Source: Candidatus Harrisonbacteria bacterium
GTDB lineage: Bacteria > Patescibacteriota > Minisyncoccia > UBA6257 > 1-14-0-10-40-38
Assembly: GCA_023245035.1 (NCBI GenBank)
Contig: JAHFLD010000002.1
Coordinates: 1,501-65,500 of the forward strand
Direction of reading: 5' to 3'
DNA length: 64,000 bases
Shown here: positions 1 to 10,198 of the stretch, in pieces
How the letters are laid out: each line of letters begins with the position of its first letter
Numbering within the stretch: the first letter of the stretch is position 1
Notes under the pieces: model-generated
Databases searched by the model: none
What the model was told of the DNA's origin: nothing
Seen by the model: the letters and a program-made list of their open reading frames with translations, nothing else
Position numbers and translations under genes: made by a program

Positions 1-3000
1 GCGGTTTCGGGACTCCTCACGCTCTACTCGGGATTTATCTCGAGTGCCTCTTCGAGCGTCTCATCAAACCTTAATGTCTCGGGGGCCTTGAACGCCTCCT
101 CGACCTTGGCTGTTGGCGGCATCGCGACCTTAACCGGACTCGTCTCAACCGCCTCGAGCACGCTGCTCAACGTCAGCAACTTGAGCGGAACGAACGCGAC
201 TACGACCAATCTTTATGTTACAGATGTAGCCTCGCTCAACGGCGCTTCAACCACAATTACCAATCTGGTGACCGTCAATGCCTCAAGCACTAATTCAACA
301 ACGACTAATTTTTATATTGGAAATGGATTCGTATCCAATGGCAGCACGTCGGCCTCGTCCACGATTTTGGGCCGATTGAACATTCCTCAATCCGGTTCGG
401 CGGTTGGAGTTAGTATTTCCGGAGTGAGTACCGGCAGTGGTTTGCTTTTGGGGGCGCCGACAACCGGGAAGAGCATTGATGTTACGGCGGGATCTCTCAC
501 TTCAGGAAGCGTTCTTAGTTATAGCGGAAATACTAATGGCACTTTCGGAACGAGAAGTGGTAACTATATTAATATTGTGCCAACAAGAAATTTGACTTCC
601 AGTGATTCAACCAATTCTGGAAGCTTTATCAACTTGGAGGAGCGTTTACAAAATACCGGAACCGGTATAATGAGTATTACCGGGACGCTGATTACCGCCT
701 CTTCAACTTGTTTTGGTTCCGGACAATGCTATGACGGCGGCGGTTTGATTCTTTTGCGACAAAACAACGCGAACGCGACCGGAACGGTGGCGCGTCTTAT
801 CAGTAACGCATCATCAACGGTGCTCTTGTCGCTTGAGAATGCGGCGAATGTTCTTTATTCAATTGCTCCAACAACCAGTTCGTCCACGTCAATCACTATT
901 AGAACCGGTGGGGCGGCGACGACGACGATTCCGGATCTCTACACTAATATTTGGTCAATCGCAACCAACACCGCTTCCACTCCAGTCTTTACGATTTCAA
1001 CGCTTTCCGGTCCGCGGATTGGAATTGGTACGACGACGCCAAGCGCCGCGCTCGCGGTCAATGGCAGTTTTTACGTAACTGGAAGAAGCATAGCCGATGT
1101 TTTGCTCGCAACCTCAATTGGTATCGGCACCTCTTCACCGGCAGCGACATTTTCTATTCATGGTAATGAGTTGATTTCCGGCACGACGACAGTTGGCGGA
1201 ATTGTGGCGACATCATCAATCGATACCAGCAACAAGTCCGGCTTTACCTGGCTGACTGCCAGCGGTTTGAATGCCCTAGTTTTTGCCACCAATACGCAGG
1301 GAACCTCGGGACAGTATCCAATCTTTTCGATTGGAGCGACGACGACGTCTAACGGTGGTTTGGACTACGCGCGCGTGGCCGTTGGTACGACTACCGATGC
1401 TTTAAACAATGGATTGCGAGAGCAATTTACGGTTGCCGGTCGTCTGCGGCAGACGTGGGCGGTTTACGATAACGACTTCATGTCGGTTGGTGGAGGCAAC
1501 CCGGGCGCGGCAATCGCGAACTCGGATACGGCCAACGTTATTAACGGGGCCTTCCACTTTGATTCCGAAGGTCAGTGTCAATTGACTCAAATCCCGTCAA
1601 CAAATACAGTTGGTAATTCCAAAGGTATTATCGGGCTTCGGGCGTCTTCCGGAACGGGTACCACGGCTCCGGGAAATGGCTGTATTCTTTCGGCCGCCGC
1701 CAATACCGGGGCGACATCAAGTCCGGTTTTTGAGACCAAAGTGGCGATGAGTGCTACCAATAATTCACACGCTTTTGTTGGTTTGGGCTATGTTTCTGCG
1801 GTTGGCGGCGATGCCAATGCCAGTTCTACATTTGAGGTTGGTTTCAAATATGGAACTTCCAGTAACTGGTTTGCCGAGGCGAACGACAATGGCACGGCGA
1901 CGATGGTGGATACCGGAGTTGTGCCGTCAACTTCAGCTTTTCAGACTTTGAGGTTTGAGTTTGATTCCAATAGCAAGGTTTCTTTCTTTATTGATGGAGT
2001 TTTACGGGGTGTTATTACAACCAATATTCCTTCAGGAAGTATGGGGATGCTGTTTAAGTTGGAGCAGACGATTGATACATCTAACCCCGGTATGAGCATT
2101 GATTATGTTAAGTTGTGGGCGGACGATCCACCAGGCGGCAACGGACCCAATAGCGGTGGCGGCGGTAACGATCCGAACTTTAACTTACCACCAAACTTGT
2201 CATCGCTGGACATGATTTATCAGAGCGCGGTAGTTGAGCGTTACAACACCGCGGTGAATGCCCTTAACTATCCGCTTGGCACAGTGATGGCTTTTGATGC
2301 CACTAGTTCGCCGGTCTATGCCGGAGTTTATGTGAAACCAGCGGCTACGACTTATGGCGATTTGGTGATGGGGGTGGTAGCGCATAACGAGGCGGCCAAA
2401 ATTGAACTTGGTTTCGGTAACTTGCCACTGGTTAAAAGTGGTCGAGGGTATGTTCGAGTTCAGGGTCAAGTTAATGCCGGCGATTTGTTGACGATCTCTA
2501 CCACGCCAGGTGTTGCCGAAAAGGCGAATAATTCAAATCTTTTGCTGGGTCGCGCTTTGACTGCCGTGGGTAATAGCGGGTTAGTTTTGGCCGATATAGA
2601 GATTAAACATGAGTCGTCCACAACGACATATTCCAATGCGGTTTTCACGCAATCGAGCTTTACAAGTGCCACGACAACTAATGCCACCTCGACCTCCTTG
2701 TATGTTTCGGGTGCTTTGCGAGTAGCGACCACAACCGCCGGACTTGGTTCAGTTTTTGCCTTGCAGGGCAACGCGCTTTTCTCCGGCGATCTCTCTTTGG
2801 CTAACTTGATTGCGACCGGTACGACCAGATTTGGCGGAATTACATATACCTGGCCGACGACGCAGTCGGCGGCGTGTTTGAAAAATGACGGCGCCGGAGT
2901 TTTGAGCTGGGGCTCGTGCGGTGGAGCCTCCGGATCACAGACGCCGTGGGCGCAAAACATTGATGCCTCCGGCTTCAGCCTTTCCAATGTAACCAACATT

Positions 3001-6000
3001 ACCGCAACCGGAAGTTTGTTGGTTGCGAACGCGACTTCCACCATCACTAATCTGACGACGGTCAATGCCACTTCCACCAACGCGACCTCGACGACTCTTT
3101 ACGTTTCCGGTTCGGCGATATTTGCCGGCGCCTCGACCACGATCACCAACCTCAATGCCACCTTCGCCTCGCTTGTCTCCACAGGCGGCGTCTTCGCTTC
3201 GGGCACTGGCGCGGTTTCGGGACTCCTCACGCTCTACTCGGGCTTTATATCCTCGGCCTCCTCGAGTATCTCTTCGAACCTGAACGTCTCGGGGGCGCTC
3301 AACGCCTCCTCAACTCTGGCCGTAGGCGGACTTGCGACCTTGACCGGTCTGCAGTCAACCGCCTCGAGCACGCTGCTCAATGTGACCAACTTCAGCGGAA
3401 CGAACGGCACCACGAGCAATGAGGCGATTACCGGTTCGCTGGCCGTGACCGGAGCCTCCTCGAGCATCGCCAATCTCAATTTGGTGAACGCGACCTCGAC
3501 GACGCTCTACACCTCCGGACAGTTCCTCGCCGGGGGCGCCAGCAACACGATCTTGGGGACGCTCTACGGCTCAACCTTCAATCCGCAGACCTTGACCTCG
3601 ACTGGGAGTGTCAACGCCTCGGGCACCTTGGCCGTCTCGGGACTGGCCTCGCTCTACTCGGGCTTTATATCCTCGGCCTCCTCGAGCGTCTCCTCGAACC
3701 TGAACGTCTCGGGGGCGCTCAATGCCTCCTCAACTCTGGCCGTAGGCGGACTTGCGACCTTGACCGGTCTGCAGTCAACCGCCTCGAGCACGCTGCTCAA
3801 TGTCAGCAACTTTACCGCGACCAACGGCACCACGACCTCGGCCACCTCGACCTCCTTGTATGTTTCGGGCTCCTTGGGTGTCAACGGCGCCTCGACCACT
3901 ATCACGAACCTTGTAACCGTGAACGCCACGACAACTAATGCCACCTCGACCTCCTTGTATGTTTCGGGTGCTTTGCGAGTAGCGACCACAACCGCCGGAC
4001 TTGGTTCAGTTTTTGCCTTGCAGGGCAACGCGCTTTTCTCCGGCGATCTCTCTTTGGCTAACTTGATTGCGACCGGTACGACCAGATTTGGCGGAATTAC
4101 ATATACCTGGCCGACGACGCAGTCGGCGGCGTGTTTGAAAAATGACGGCGCCGGAGTTTTGAGCTGGGGCTCGTGCGGTGGAGCCTCCGGATCACAGACG
4201 CCGTGGGCGCAAAACATTGATGCCTCCGGCTTCAGCCTTTCCAATGTAACCAACATTACCGCGACGAATAGCATTCTAATCGCGGCTTCTGGTGGGAATA
4301 TTGGAGGACAACTCTCGGTAGTGGCGACTTCGACCGATAGCATGTTATTCATGGGCAGAGCCGCCTCTGGGCAAACGGGGCATTTGTTTGCTTTGCAAGA
4401 TTCAAGCGGGGTTAATTTGTTCAGTGTGAGCGCTACCGGCAATACCTTTGCTTCATCGTCATTGCAAGTTTCGGCGACGACGACCTTGTATGGCGATATT
4501 GTTTTGGACTACACGACGACCGACAGACCGCGTGTTTTGAAGATTGGCGCGCCTAACGGAAATCCCCGAGGTTTGTGGATTGCCACTACGACTGGTGCGG
4601 CCTTAAATACTCCAGGAACTTGGCCATTACTTGTGGTGCAGTCAACTACGACTGGGATGTTGGATTACGCACGAGTTGGGATCGGTACTTCTACAACCTG
4701 GGGTGAGGCGGGCTTGCGGGATCAGTTGACTGTTGCCGGAAGAGCCTACACAACTTGGCAGTACGCGTCGTGTGACTTTGCGGGAGCGTCGCTTACAGCC
4801 GCCGTCGCCGCGGCAACGAGCAATGTTTGCGGTCCCTTTGGATTCTTTATCCATCAAGCCGGTTCGTTGAGTCCTGGTACCACGACACCAACATATGTGA
4901 AGCTCAATTCTACGGGAGGCAGTATTGGTCAGGGGGCGATGCTTGGTACCGTGCCAAACTTTATTTCGGCGACCACCAGTCCGGTACTTGAGGCCTGGGT
5001 TTCGGTGACGAGTATTACAAACGGACATTATCAAGTTGGTTTCTTCGGTGCCACGAGCACGACTTGGGATCCGGCTTGGCAGATGAATAACGGCATCTTC
5101 TTTGTGGCGGAACAAAACTTGAATGGTGGTAACTGGACGGCGGTTAACAAGCGGACGAATATTGATGGCACGGTGGCGAGTACCACAATCGATACCGGCA
5201 TTCCCGGGGCGAGTGGTTTTTCGGCGAGTGGCGTGGCCCAGTATCGGCGCCTTAGAATTGAGGTTAGTACCAGCACAATTTATTACCTGATCAATGGGAG
5301 AATTGTGGCACAGTTGAGTACCACAACTCCGTCCAGGAATTTAACCCCGGCGGTAACGGTGGCCAGTGTTTACGCCGCTGCTAGAAAGGATCTCAACTTA
5401 AGATTGTTGCGCCTATGGAATGACGATCCGGTTGGGGGCGAGGTTGTCGGGGCTCCAGCTTTGGACGACTCAACTCCGGAAGTTTCCGATTTGGATCGCA
5501 ATCATACCGCCGGCAAGTTCTTCTTTACCGGAACTACGACGCCACCCGAGGGCAGTCTGGTTTCCTATGATTACGGGGCATCGACTCATAAGAGTGGATT
5601 GTGGGTAGGTTACGCCACAACAACTTACGAATCCGGTTTGGCTGGCGTCGTGGCCAGTGAGGGTAATTCGGCTCTGCGCTTTGGTTCGGGCGATATTGAT
5701 GTGGCTTTGAGTGGCAAGGCGATGGTGCGAGTAAGCGCTGTGAACGGTGAAATTCATGCCGGGGATTATCTGACTTCGAGCGAGGTTCCAGGTGTGGCGG
5801 TTAAGGCGACGCAATCGGGCTGGATTATTGGTCAGGCCTTTGAGAGTTATTCCGGAGGCGGCGAAGGGGCGGTCTTGGCGAATATCGCCCCCGAATTTAT
5901 GACGGTTGATAAACAGTCAGCTTCCGGCGTGATTGATTCTATTACCGAGACGGTTTCGGAATTGGCGGATTTTGTGGCGCAGAATAGCGCGAAGCTAGTG

Positions 6001-6729
6001 AAGGTTTTTTACGGTAAAATTGTGGCCGCGATCGCGGTGGTTAATAACCTTTTTGTGCACACGGTTACCATCTTGCCGGATGGCGAGCTTGCGGTGCCCG
6101 AGGGCGCGAATCAGATTTCCGGAACTGCGACTATTCAGTCCGGCGCTTCGGAGGTGACGATTTACAACACCAAGGTTACTTCTACTAGCAAGATATTTAT
6201 TACTCCGACAACATTGACCAGTTTGCCGCTTTCGGTGACCAATAAGACGTCGGGGCAGAGCTTTACGGTTAGCGTTCAGGGTACCTTGGTTAATTCGATA
6301 GACTTTGATTGGCTGATAATCGGAGCCTATCCTGCTGGTTTGGGAAATCCGCAGACGCAGCAGAATCAGGCGCCCAATAATTCGGGTGGACAGAGCGGTA
6401 ATTCCGGAGGCCTGGCTCCAGATCAGAATCTTGGCAATGGTTCAGGCGGGGATTCTACCGGTGGAACCGGGGCGGTGATTGTTCCGCCGCCGGATTCGCC
6501 CTTAACGCCACCGGATAGTGGATTAAATAATTCTTCGGGAGACGGTTCTTTGCCGATAATTCCGCCTCCAGATGCCGGACAAGTTAATTCACCGCCAGAT
6601 GCGGGAGTTTCAGCGCCGCCCCCAGATAATGGTTCGGGGCAAGTAACTCCACCACCGGACGCGGGAGTGAATAGCGGTGGCGCTGGCAGCGGGGAGCCGC
6701 CGGATGCCGGTTCGGCGCCGAATCCGTAA
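1..6729 (+). CDS. Very large repetitive S/T/N/G-rich cell-surface protein, 5'-truncated; two ConA/LamG-like lectin modules and a proline-rich C-terminal tail
   Basis: The reading frame is open from base 1, and bases 1-190 repeat bases 3211-3400, so the protein starts upstream of the window. The listed TTG at 88 is probably not the true start. It has ~22-aa periodic repeats (ASTTITNLxTVNATSTNATSTSLYVSG) and IGIGTTTPSAALAVNGS-type motifs. Two blocks end in DYVKLWADDP / LRLWNDDP, resembling ConA-like lectin/LamG folds. The C-terminus carries PPDAG repeats. Antisense ORFs in the track are low-complexity artefacts. Confidence 0.8.
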   Translation, partial: AVSGLLTLYSGFISSASSSVSSNLNVSGALNASSTLAVGGIATLTGLVSTASSTLLNVSNLSGTNATTTNLYVTDVASLNGASTTITNLVTVNASSTNSTTTNFYIGNGFVSNGSTSASSTILGRLNIPQSGSAVGVSISGVSTGSGLLLGAPTTGKSIDVTAGSLTSGSVLSYSGNTNGTFGTRSGNYINIVPTRNLTSSDSTNSGSFINLEERLQNTGTGIMSITGTLITASSTCFGSGQCYDGGGLILLRQNNANATGTVARLISNASSTVLLSLENAANVLYSIAPTTSSSTSITIRTGGAATTTIPDLYTNIWSIATNTASTPVFTISTLSGPRIGIGTTTPSAALAVNGSFYVTGRSIADVLLATSIGIGTSSPAATFSIHGNELISGTTTVGGIVATSSIDTSNKSGFTWLTASGLNALVFATNTQGTSGQYPIFSIGATTTSNGGLDYARVAVGTTTDALNNGLREQFTVAGRLRQTWAVYDNDFMSVGGGNPGAAIANSDTANVINGAFHFDSEGQCQLTQIPSTNTVGNSKGIIGLRASSGTGTTAPGNGCILSAAANTGATSSPVFETKVAMSATNNSHAFVGLGYVSAVGGDANASSTFEVGFKYGTSSNWFAEANDNGTATMVDTGVVPSTSAFQTLRFEFDSNSKVSFFIDGVLRGVITTNIPSGSMGMLFKLEQTIDTSNPGMSIDYVKLWADDPPGGNGPNSGGGGNDPNFNLPPNLSSLDMIYQSAVVERYNTAVNALNYPLGTVMAFDATSSPVYAGVYVKPAATTYGDLVMGVVAHNEAAKIELGFGNLPLVKSGRGYVRVQGQVNAGDLLTISTTPGVAEKANNSNLLLGRALTAVGNSGLVLADIEIKHESSTTTYSNAVFTQSSFTSATTTNATSTSLYVSGALRVATTTAGLGSVFALQGNALFSGDLSLANLIATGTTRFGGITYTWPTTQSAACLKNDGAGVLSWGSCGGASGSQTPWAQNIDASGFSLSNVTNITATGSLLVANATSTITNLTTVNATSTNATSTTLYVSGSAIFAGASTTITNLNATFASLVSTGGVFASGTGAVSGLLTLYSGFISSASSSISSNLNVSGALNASSTLAVGGLATLTGLQSTASSTLLNVTNFSGTNGTTSNEAITGSLAVTGASSSIANLNLVNATSTTLYTSGQFLAGGASNTILGTLYGSTFNPQTLTSTGSVNASGTLAVSGLASLYSGFISSASSSVSSNLNVSGALNASSTLAVGGLATLTGLQSTASSTLLNVSNFTATNGTTTSATSTSLYVSGSLGVNGASTTITNLVTVNATTTNATSTSLYVSGALRVATTTAGLGSVFALQGNALFSGDLSLANLIATGTTRFGGITYTWPTTQSAACLKNDGAGVLSWGSCGGASGSQTPWAQNIDASGFSLSNVTNITATNSILIAASGGNIGGQLSVVATSTDSMLFMGRAASGQTGHLFALQDSSGVNLFSVSATGNTFASSSLQVSATTTLYGDIVLDYTTTDRPRVLKIGAPNGNPRGLWIATTTGAALNTPGTWPLLVVQSTTTGMLDYARVGIGTSTTWGEAGLRDQLTVAGRAYTTWQYASCDFAGASLTAAVAAATSNVCGPFGFFIHQAGSLSPGTTTPTYVKLNSTGGSIGQGAMLGTVPNFISATTSPVLEAWVSVTSITNGHYQVGFFGATSTTWDPAWQMNNGIFFVAEQNLNGGNWTAVNKRTNIDGTVASTTIDTGIPGASGFSASGVAQYRRLRIEVSTSTIYYLINGRIVAQLSTTTPSRNLTPAVTVASVYAAARKDLNLRLLRLWNDDPVGGEVVGAPALDDSTPEVSDLDRNHTAGKFFFTGTTTPPEGSLVSYDYGASTHKSGLWVGYATTTYESGLAGVVASEGNSALRFGSGDIDVALSGKAMVRVSAVNGEIHAGDYLTSSEVPGVAVKATQSGWIIGQAFESYSGGGEGAVLANIAPEFMTVDKQSASGVIDSITETVSELADFVAQNSAKLVKVFYGKIVAAIAVVNNLFVHTVTILPDGELAVPEGANQISGTATIQSGASEVTIYNTKVTSTSKIFITPTTLTSLPLSVTNKTSGQSFTVSVQGTLVNSIDFDWLIIGAYPAGLGNPQTQQNQAPNNSGGQSGNSGGLAPDQNLGNGSGGDSTGGTGAVIVPPPDSPLTPPDSGLNNSSGDGSLPIIPPPDAGQVNSPPDAGVSAPPPDNGSGQVTPPPDAGVNSGGAGSGEPPDAGSAPNP

Positions 6730-6829
6730 GTCTTGCCGATGGGGATGGCTTGGCTTGAACTCTGTTTCCGATCTGTTAAACTTTATCCATTGAAGCTATT
6801 TTGGTTCACATAAATTATTTAATAAACTT

Positions 6830-7249
6830 ATGAAAAAAGATAAAATTATTTTTTCGCTGGTTCTTTTAGTGGTCGTGATTATGCTTGGTATTTTTTGGAA
6901 GACAGGTTCAATCTCTTTGACCGGGGATGAGGCGGTGAAGGCGGTTTTTTTGGCGAACGGGCAGGTTTATTTCGGCAAGGTCAGCGCCCAGAACAGCCAG
7001 TTTCTTCGCTTGACCGATATTTTTTATTTACAGGTTAGTCAGACGTTGCAGCCGCCGCAATCCGGCGTTCAGCCCCAGCAGAAAATTGATCTGGTGAAGT
7101 TGGGCAATGAGTTGCATGGGCCGCAGGATTTGATGGAGATTAACCGCGACCAGATATTATTTATTGAGAAGCTTCGCGATGATTCTAAAATTCTTAAGGC
7201 CATCCATGATTTTAAGAATCCTGGTACAAGTGGCCAGCCGGCTAATTAG
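6830..7249 (+). CDS. Hypothetical membrane-anchored protein (N-terminal TM helix)
   Basis: 139-aa ORF with N-terminal hydrophobic helix FSLVLLVVVIMLGIFW. No recognisable catalytic motif. Confidence 0.5.
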   Translation: MKKDKIIFSLVLLVVVIMLGIFWKTGSISLTGDEAVKAVFLANGQVYFGKVSAQNSQFLRLTDIFYLQVSQTLQPPQSGVQPQQKIDLVKLGNELHGPQDLMEINRDQILFIEKLRDDSKILKAIHDFKNPGTSGQPAN

Positions 7250-8036
7250 TGTTTTTCGCCGATCAGTTTTCGGAACAGGGGGGTTGTGGTTAATCCCTCT
7301 GTTTCTTGTTTTTTGGTTGGTGACACCGGTTTTGGCCACGGACTTTTCGGGAACGAATTTTATTATCAAGGATCCCGTGTTGAACGGTTCTTCCGGCTCG
7401 GCCACTTCCAGCAGTTTTGGTTTGCGGGGAACAATCGGGGAGCTTGGCGTGGGGCTTGGAACTTCAACTAACTTTGGTCTTCGCTCCGGTTCGCTTTATT
7501 TTCCGACACCGCCAAGCCCAAGCCCATCACCAACGCCGAGCCCATCGCCATCGCCAAGTACCGGCGGCAGTCCGTTTATTCCCCAGGTAGGAGTCGTGCC
7601 GCCGCTTTCGGCTAATATTTTGGTGAACTTGGCGAATATTATTCCGGTTTCCAATTGCAAGAATCCGGCTTTGAGGCGTTCGGATTATAATTGCGACGGC
7701 AAGGTAAATTTGAGAGATTTAAGCATTCTTTTTTCGGCTTCAGTTAAAAACGTGGCGCGCAATTTGAGCTTCTTGTTCTCTGACTGGACCGAGATTTTGC
7801 CGCGCTTTGCCACGCCGGAGACCTCCTCGCCAAAACAAATTGCCACGACACCGACGAATTTTGGCCGCGGGGTTTCGCCGACATCCCAGTTGGCGCAAGT
7901 GGGCGGAGCCGCTCAACGACCGGTTGATCTTCCTTCCTCTGGTGTGCAGTCTTTTTTTGGTAAGGTTAAGCAGTTGGTTAAGGATGTCTTATCTTTAGTA
8001 TTAACTGTTTTTCGCCTGTTGCCATTTCGGTTTTAG
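7164..8036 (+). CDS. Secreted Pro/Thr-linker protein with a single dockerin-like calcium-binding repeat; start uncertain
   Basis: Signal-peptide-like segment LWLIPLFLVFWLVTPVLA, then a PSPSPSPTPSPSPSPS linker and the motif DYNCDGKVNLRDLSILF, which matches the dockerin D-x-N-x-D-G-x-V-N-x-x-D consensus. The ATG at 7164 overlaps the previous ORF; TTG 7284 is an alternative start. Confidence 0.5.
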   Translation: MRSFAMILKFLRPSMILRILVQVASRLISVFRRSVFGTGGLWLIPLFLVFWLVTPVLATDFSGTNFIIKDPVLNGSSGSATSSSFGLRGTIGELGVGLGTSTNFGLRSGSLYFPTPPSPSPSPTPSPSPSPSTGGSPFIPQVGVVPPLSANILVNLANIIPVSNCKNPALRRSDYNCDGKVNLRDLSILFSASVKNVARNLSFLFSDWTEILPRFATPETSSPKQIATTPTNFGRGVSPTSQLAQVGGAAQRPVDLPSSGVQSFFGKVKQLVKDVLSLVLTVFRLLPFRF

Positions 8037-8082
8037 TCTTTTTCTCACAGGCCGAGATCGGCAGATACTATATACTAGTGGG

Positions 8083-9339
8083 GTGGCTATTCGTCGGATT
8101 GTTTTGGTTGGGTGTTGTTCTTTAATGTTTTTTGCCGCGCCCTTAGCTTTGGCGGCTACTATGCGGCTGACTCCGGCTACGGGAAGCTTTATTTTGGGCA
8201 GCACTTTTGACTTAGCGGTCGTAATGAATACCGGCGGAGTAGCGGTTAACACCATTGAGGCCGACTTGCGTTTTCCTCCGGATAAACTTCAACTGGTTAA
8301 TCCATCGCTCGGAAAATCAATCGTACAGATTTGGGCCAGTCCGCCGACCTATTCCAATCAAGAGGGGCGAATTTATTTTATCGGCGGGATTCCGTCGCCG
8401 GGAATTACGACCTCGGAGGGCATTGTTCAGTCGTTTACCTTTCGGGTAACGGCTCCCGGAGCGGCACAGATTGATTTCGGCAAAAATAATTCTATTTTGG
8501 CGAACGATGGGTTGGGGACTAATGTTCTACAGCAAACTTCGCCAGCTTCGTTTCGGCTGTTGTTGCCACCGGCGCAGGGTCCGAAGATTTTTTCGCCATC
8601 GCATCCGGAGCAGGGCAAGTGGTACAAGGATCCCAATCCAATTTTTCAATGGGAGGCTTCGCCGGGAACCAATGGTTTTAGCTATGCTTTGGATCATGAT
8701 CCCAATGGCGCGCCGGATAACGTGGTGGAGACTGCCGAGGCGCAGGCATCGTTTACCGCCATCGAAAGCGGGGTTTGGTATTTTCATGTCAAAGAGCGGG
8801 CGGGTAACAGCTGGAGCGGGGTCAGCCATTTTTTTGTTAATCTGGACACATTGCCTCCGGCAGAGTTTGGCGTTAAGGCTTCGCCGGGATTGCGGACTTC
8901 CAACAAGAGTCCGATTCTGCGATTTTTTACCACGGATTCGTTGTCGGGATTTGATCATTTTGAGTTGAAGTCGGTGGCGCTAAAAGACGGCCCGAGCCAG
9001 TCTTCGTTTTTCTTTGAGGCATCCAGTCCATATCAACTTTCCGGTTTAAAAAGCGGGCGTTATGAAATTGTGGTCCGGGCTTACGACAAGGCCGGCAACT
9101 TTCGCGATGAATCGGTGACAATGAATATTCTTTCTTCGCTTGTCCAATTTGTGAGTCCGGAGGGAGTGGATTTTGTCTTGTTCTTTGTGCCCTGGGCCAG
9201 ATTCATCCCGACGCTCTTGGTGTTTTTGGTTTTCTTAGTCGGTTTTGTGATTTTTGTGTTGCACCGGCATCATCACCACCTACGGCATATTATTCGCGAG
9301 GATTTGCAGATTAAAAAACCTCGCCCCGGAAGGCGATAA
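8083..9339 (+). CDS. Membrane-anchored cohesin-like / FN3-like surface protein with C-terminal TM helix and His-rich tail
   Basis: Signal peptide MFFAAPLALAA. The N-terminal ~140 aa (TGSFILGSTFDLAVVMNTGGVAVNTIEADLRFPPDKLQLVN...) resemble a cohesin beta-sandwich. FN3-like repeats follow, then a C-terminal TM helix (LLVFLVFLVGFVIFVL) and HRHHHH. Confidence 0.5.
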   Translation: MAIRRIVLVGCCSLMFFAAPLALAATMRLTPATGSFILGSTFDLAVVMNTGGVAVNTIEADLRFPPDKLQLVNPSLGKSIVQIWASPPTYSNQEGRIYFIGGIPSPGITTSEGIVQSFTFRVTAPGAAQIDFGKNNSILANDGLGTNVLQQTSPASFRLLLPPAQGPKIFSPSHPEQGKWYKDPNPIFQWEASPGTNGFSYALDHDPNGAPDNVVETAEAQASFTAIESGVWYFHVKERAGNSWSGVSHFFVNLDTLPPAEFGVKASPGLRTSNKSPILRFFTTDSLSGFDHFELKSVALKDGPSQSSFFFEASSPYQLSGLKSGRYEIVVRAYDKAGNFRDESVTMNILSSLVQFVSPEGVDFVLFFVPWARFIPTLLVFLVFLVGFVIFVLHRHHHHLRHIIREDLQIKKPRPGRR

Positions 9340-9343
9340 AATT

Positions 9344-10075
9344 ATGCGACGATTTTCAATCATCTTATTCTTGGTGTTGCTATTGTCCGCTCGTGACGTT
9401 CCGTTTGTTTTGGCGGAGGATCGAGAGATTCCGCAGCCGTCGGTGACGGTAGTGCCGGATTACTACTATCCCTTTGAGGAATTTTTGCATTTAGAGGGAC
9501 GAGCGGAGCCACGAGCGATTGTGAGCGTGGAGCTCGAGAGACAGGCCGAAAAGCCGGTTAAGTTTACGGTTTCCGCCGATTCAGCCGGGGAATGGGTAGT
9601 GTGGCCGACCAGCCGAGTTTACCTCTCCGCCGGTTCCTGGGTGGTTCGGGCGCGCCAGCAAGTAGGGACTTCAACCGGTTTTTCTGATTGGTCTAATCCG
9701 CAAGTTATTCAATCGGTGATCACCGGATTTACGATTTTTGGAATCAACGTGCGCTATGCCTTGATCGGGGTTATCTTATTCGTCTTTGTTCTTATTTTGG
9801 CTTTTGTTTTCTTTTACTTCGCGAGAAAGATTCGCCGTTTAAAGCGCCAGGTTTTTGAGAAGCGCTTGCGGGAGACGACGGATCAAGTGCGGCGAGGTTT
9901 TTCGGAAATTCATAAAGATTTGATGCAGGAGCTTTTAATGCTGACCACGAAGGCGCAGACTCAGCCATTGTCCCCGGAAGAAATTCAACGCAAAGATCAT
10001 GTGTTGCGCGAGCTGGAAGAGTTGGAAAAAAATGTCAGTGACGGCATGGCGAACATGAATCGCGATATTGATTGA
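9344..10075 (+). CDS. Hypothetical secreted protein, single-pass membrane, cytoplasmic coiled coil
   Basis: Internal ATG at 9344 gives MRRFSIILFLVLLLSARDVPFVLA (signal peptide). A TM helix (IGVILFVFVLILAFVFFYF) follows, then a basic stretch and a coiled-coil tail. Confidence 0.55.
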   Translation: MRRFSIILFLVLLLSARDVPFVLAEDREIPQPSVTVVPDYYYPFEEFLHLEGRAEPRAIVSVELERQAEKPVKFTVSADSAGEWVVWPTSRVYLSAGSWVVRARQQVGTSTGFSDWSNPQVIQSVITGFTIFGINVRYALIGVILFVFVLILAFVFFYFARKIRRLKRQVFEKRLRETTDQVRRGFSEIHKDLMQELLMLTTKAQTQPLSPEEIQRKDHVLRELEELEKNVSDGMANMNRDID

Positions 10076-10198
10076 TTTCGGTTAATCGGGTATGGTTTTT
10101 TTAGTAGTGTTTTTTTTGGTGGAGTAGCGGAATGGTTTGAGACGACAGTTTTGCTTTTCTGTAGTGGTCTCCTACAGGAGAAACTTACCGATCAGCGC

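Noticed and set aside
24-4442. Minus-strand ORFs 24-209, 2466-3080, 3234-3479 and 3654-4442 inside the giant gene
   Set aside because: They are antisense to a long, well-supported + strand ORF in low-complexity repetitive sequence. Their translations are Ala/Val/Pro-rich artefacts that mirror the sense repeats.
8471-8968. Plus and minus strand ORFs (165 and 143 aa) overlapping the 8083-9339 gene
   Set aside because: They are alternate frames of the cohesin-like gene and produce Arg-rich products typical of off-frame GC-rich sequence.
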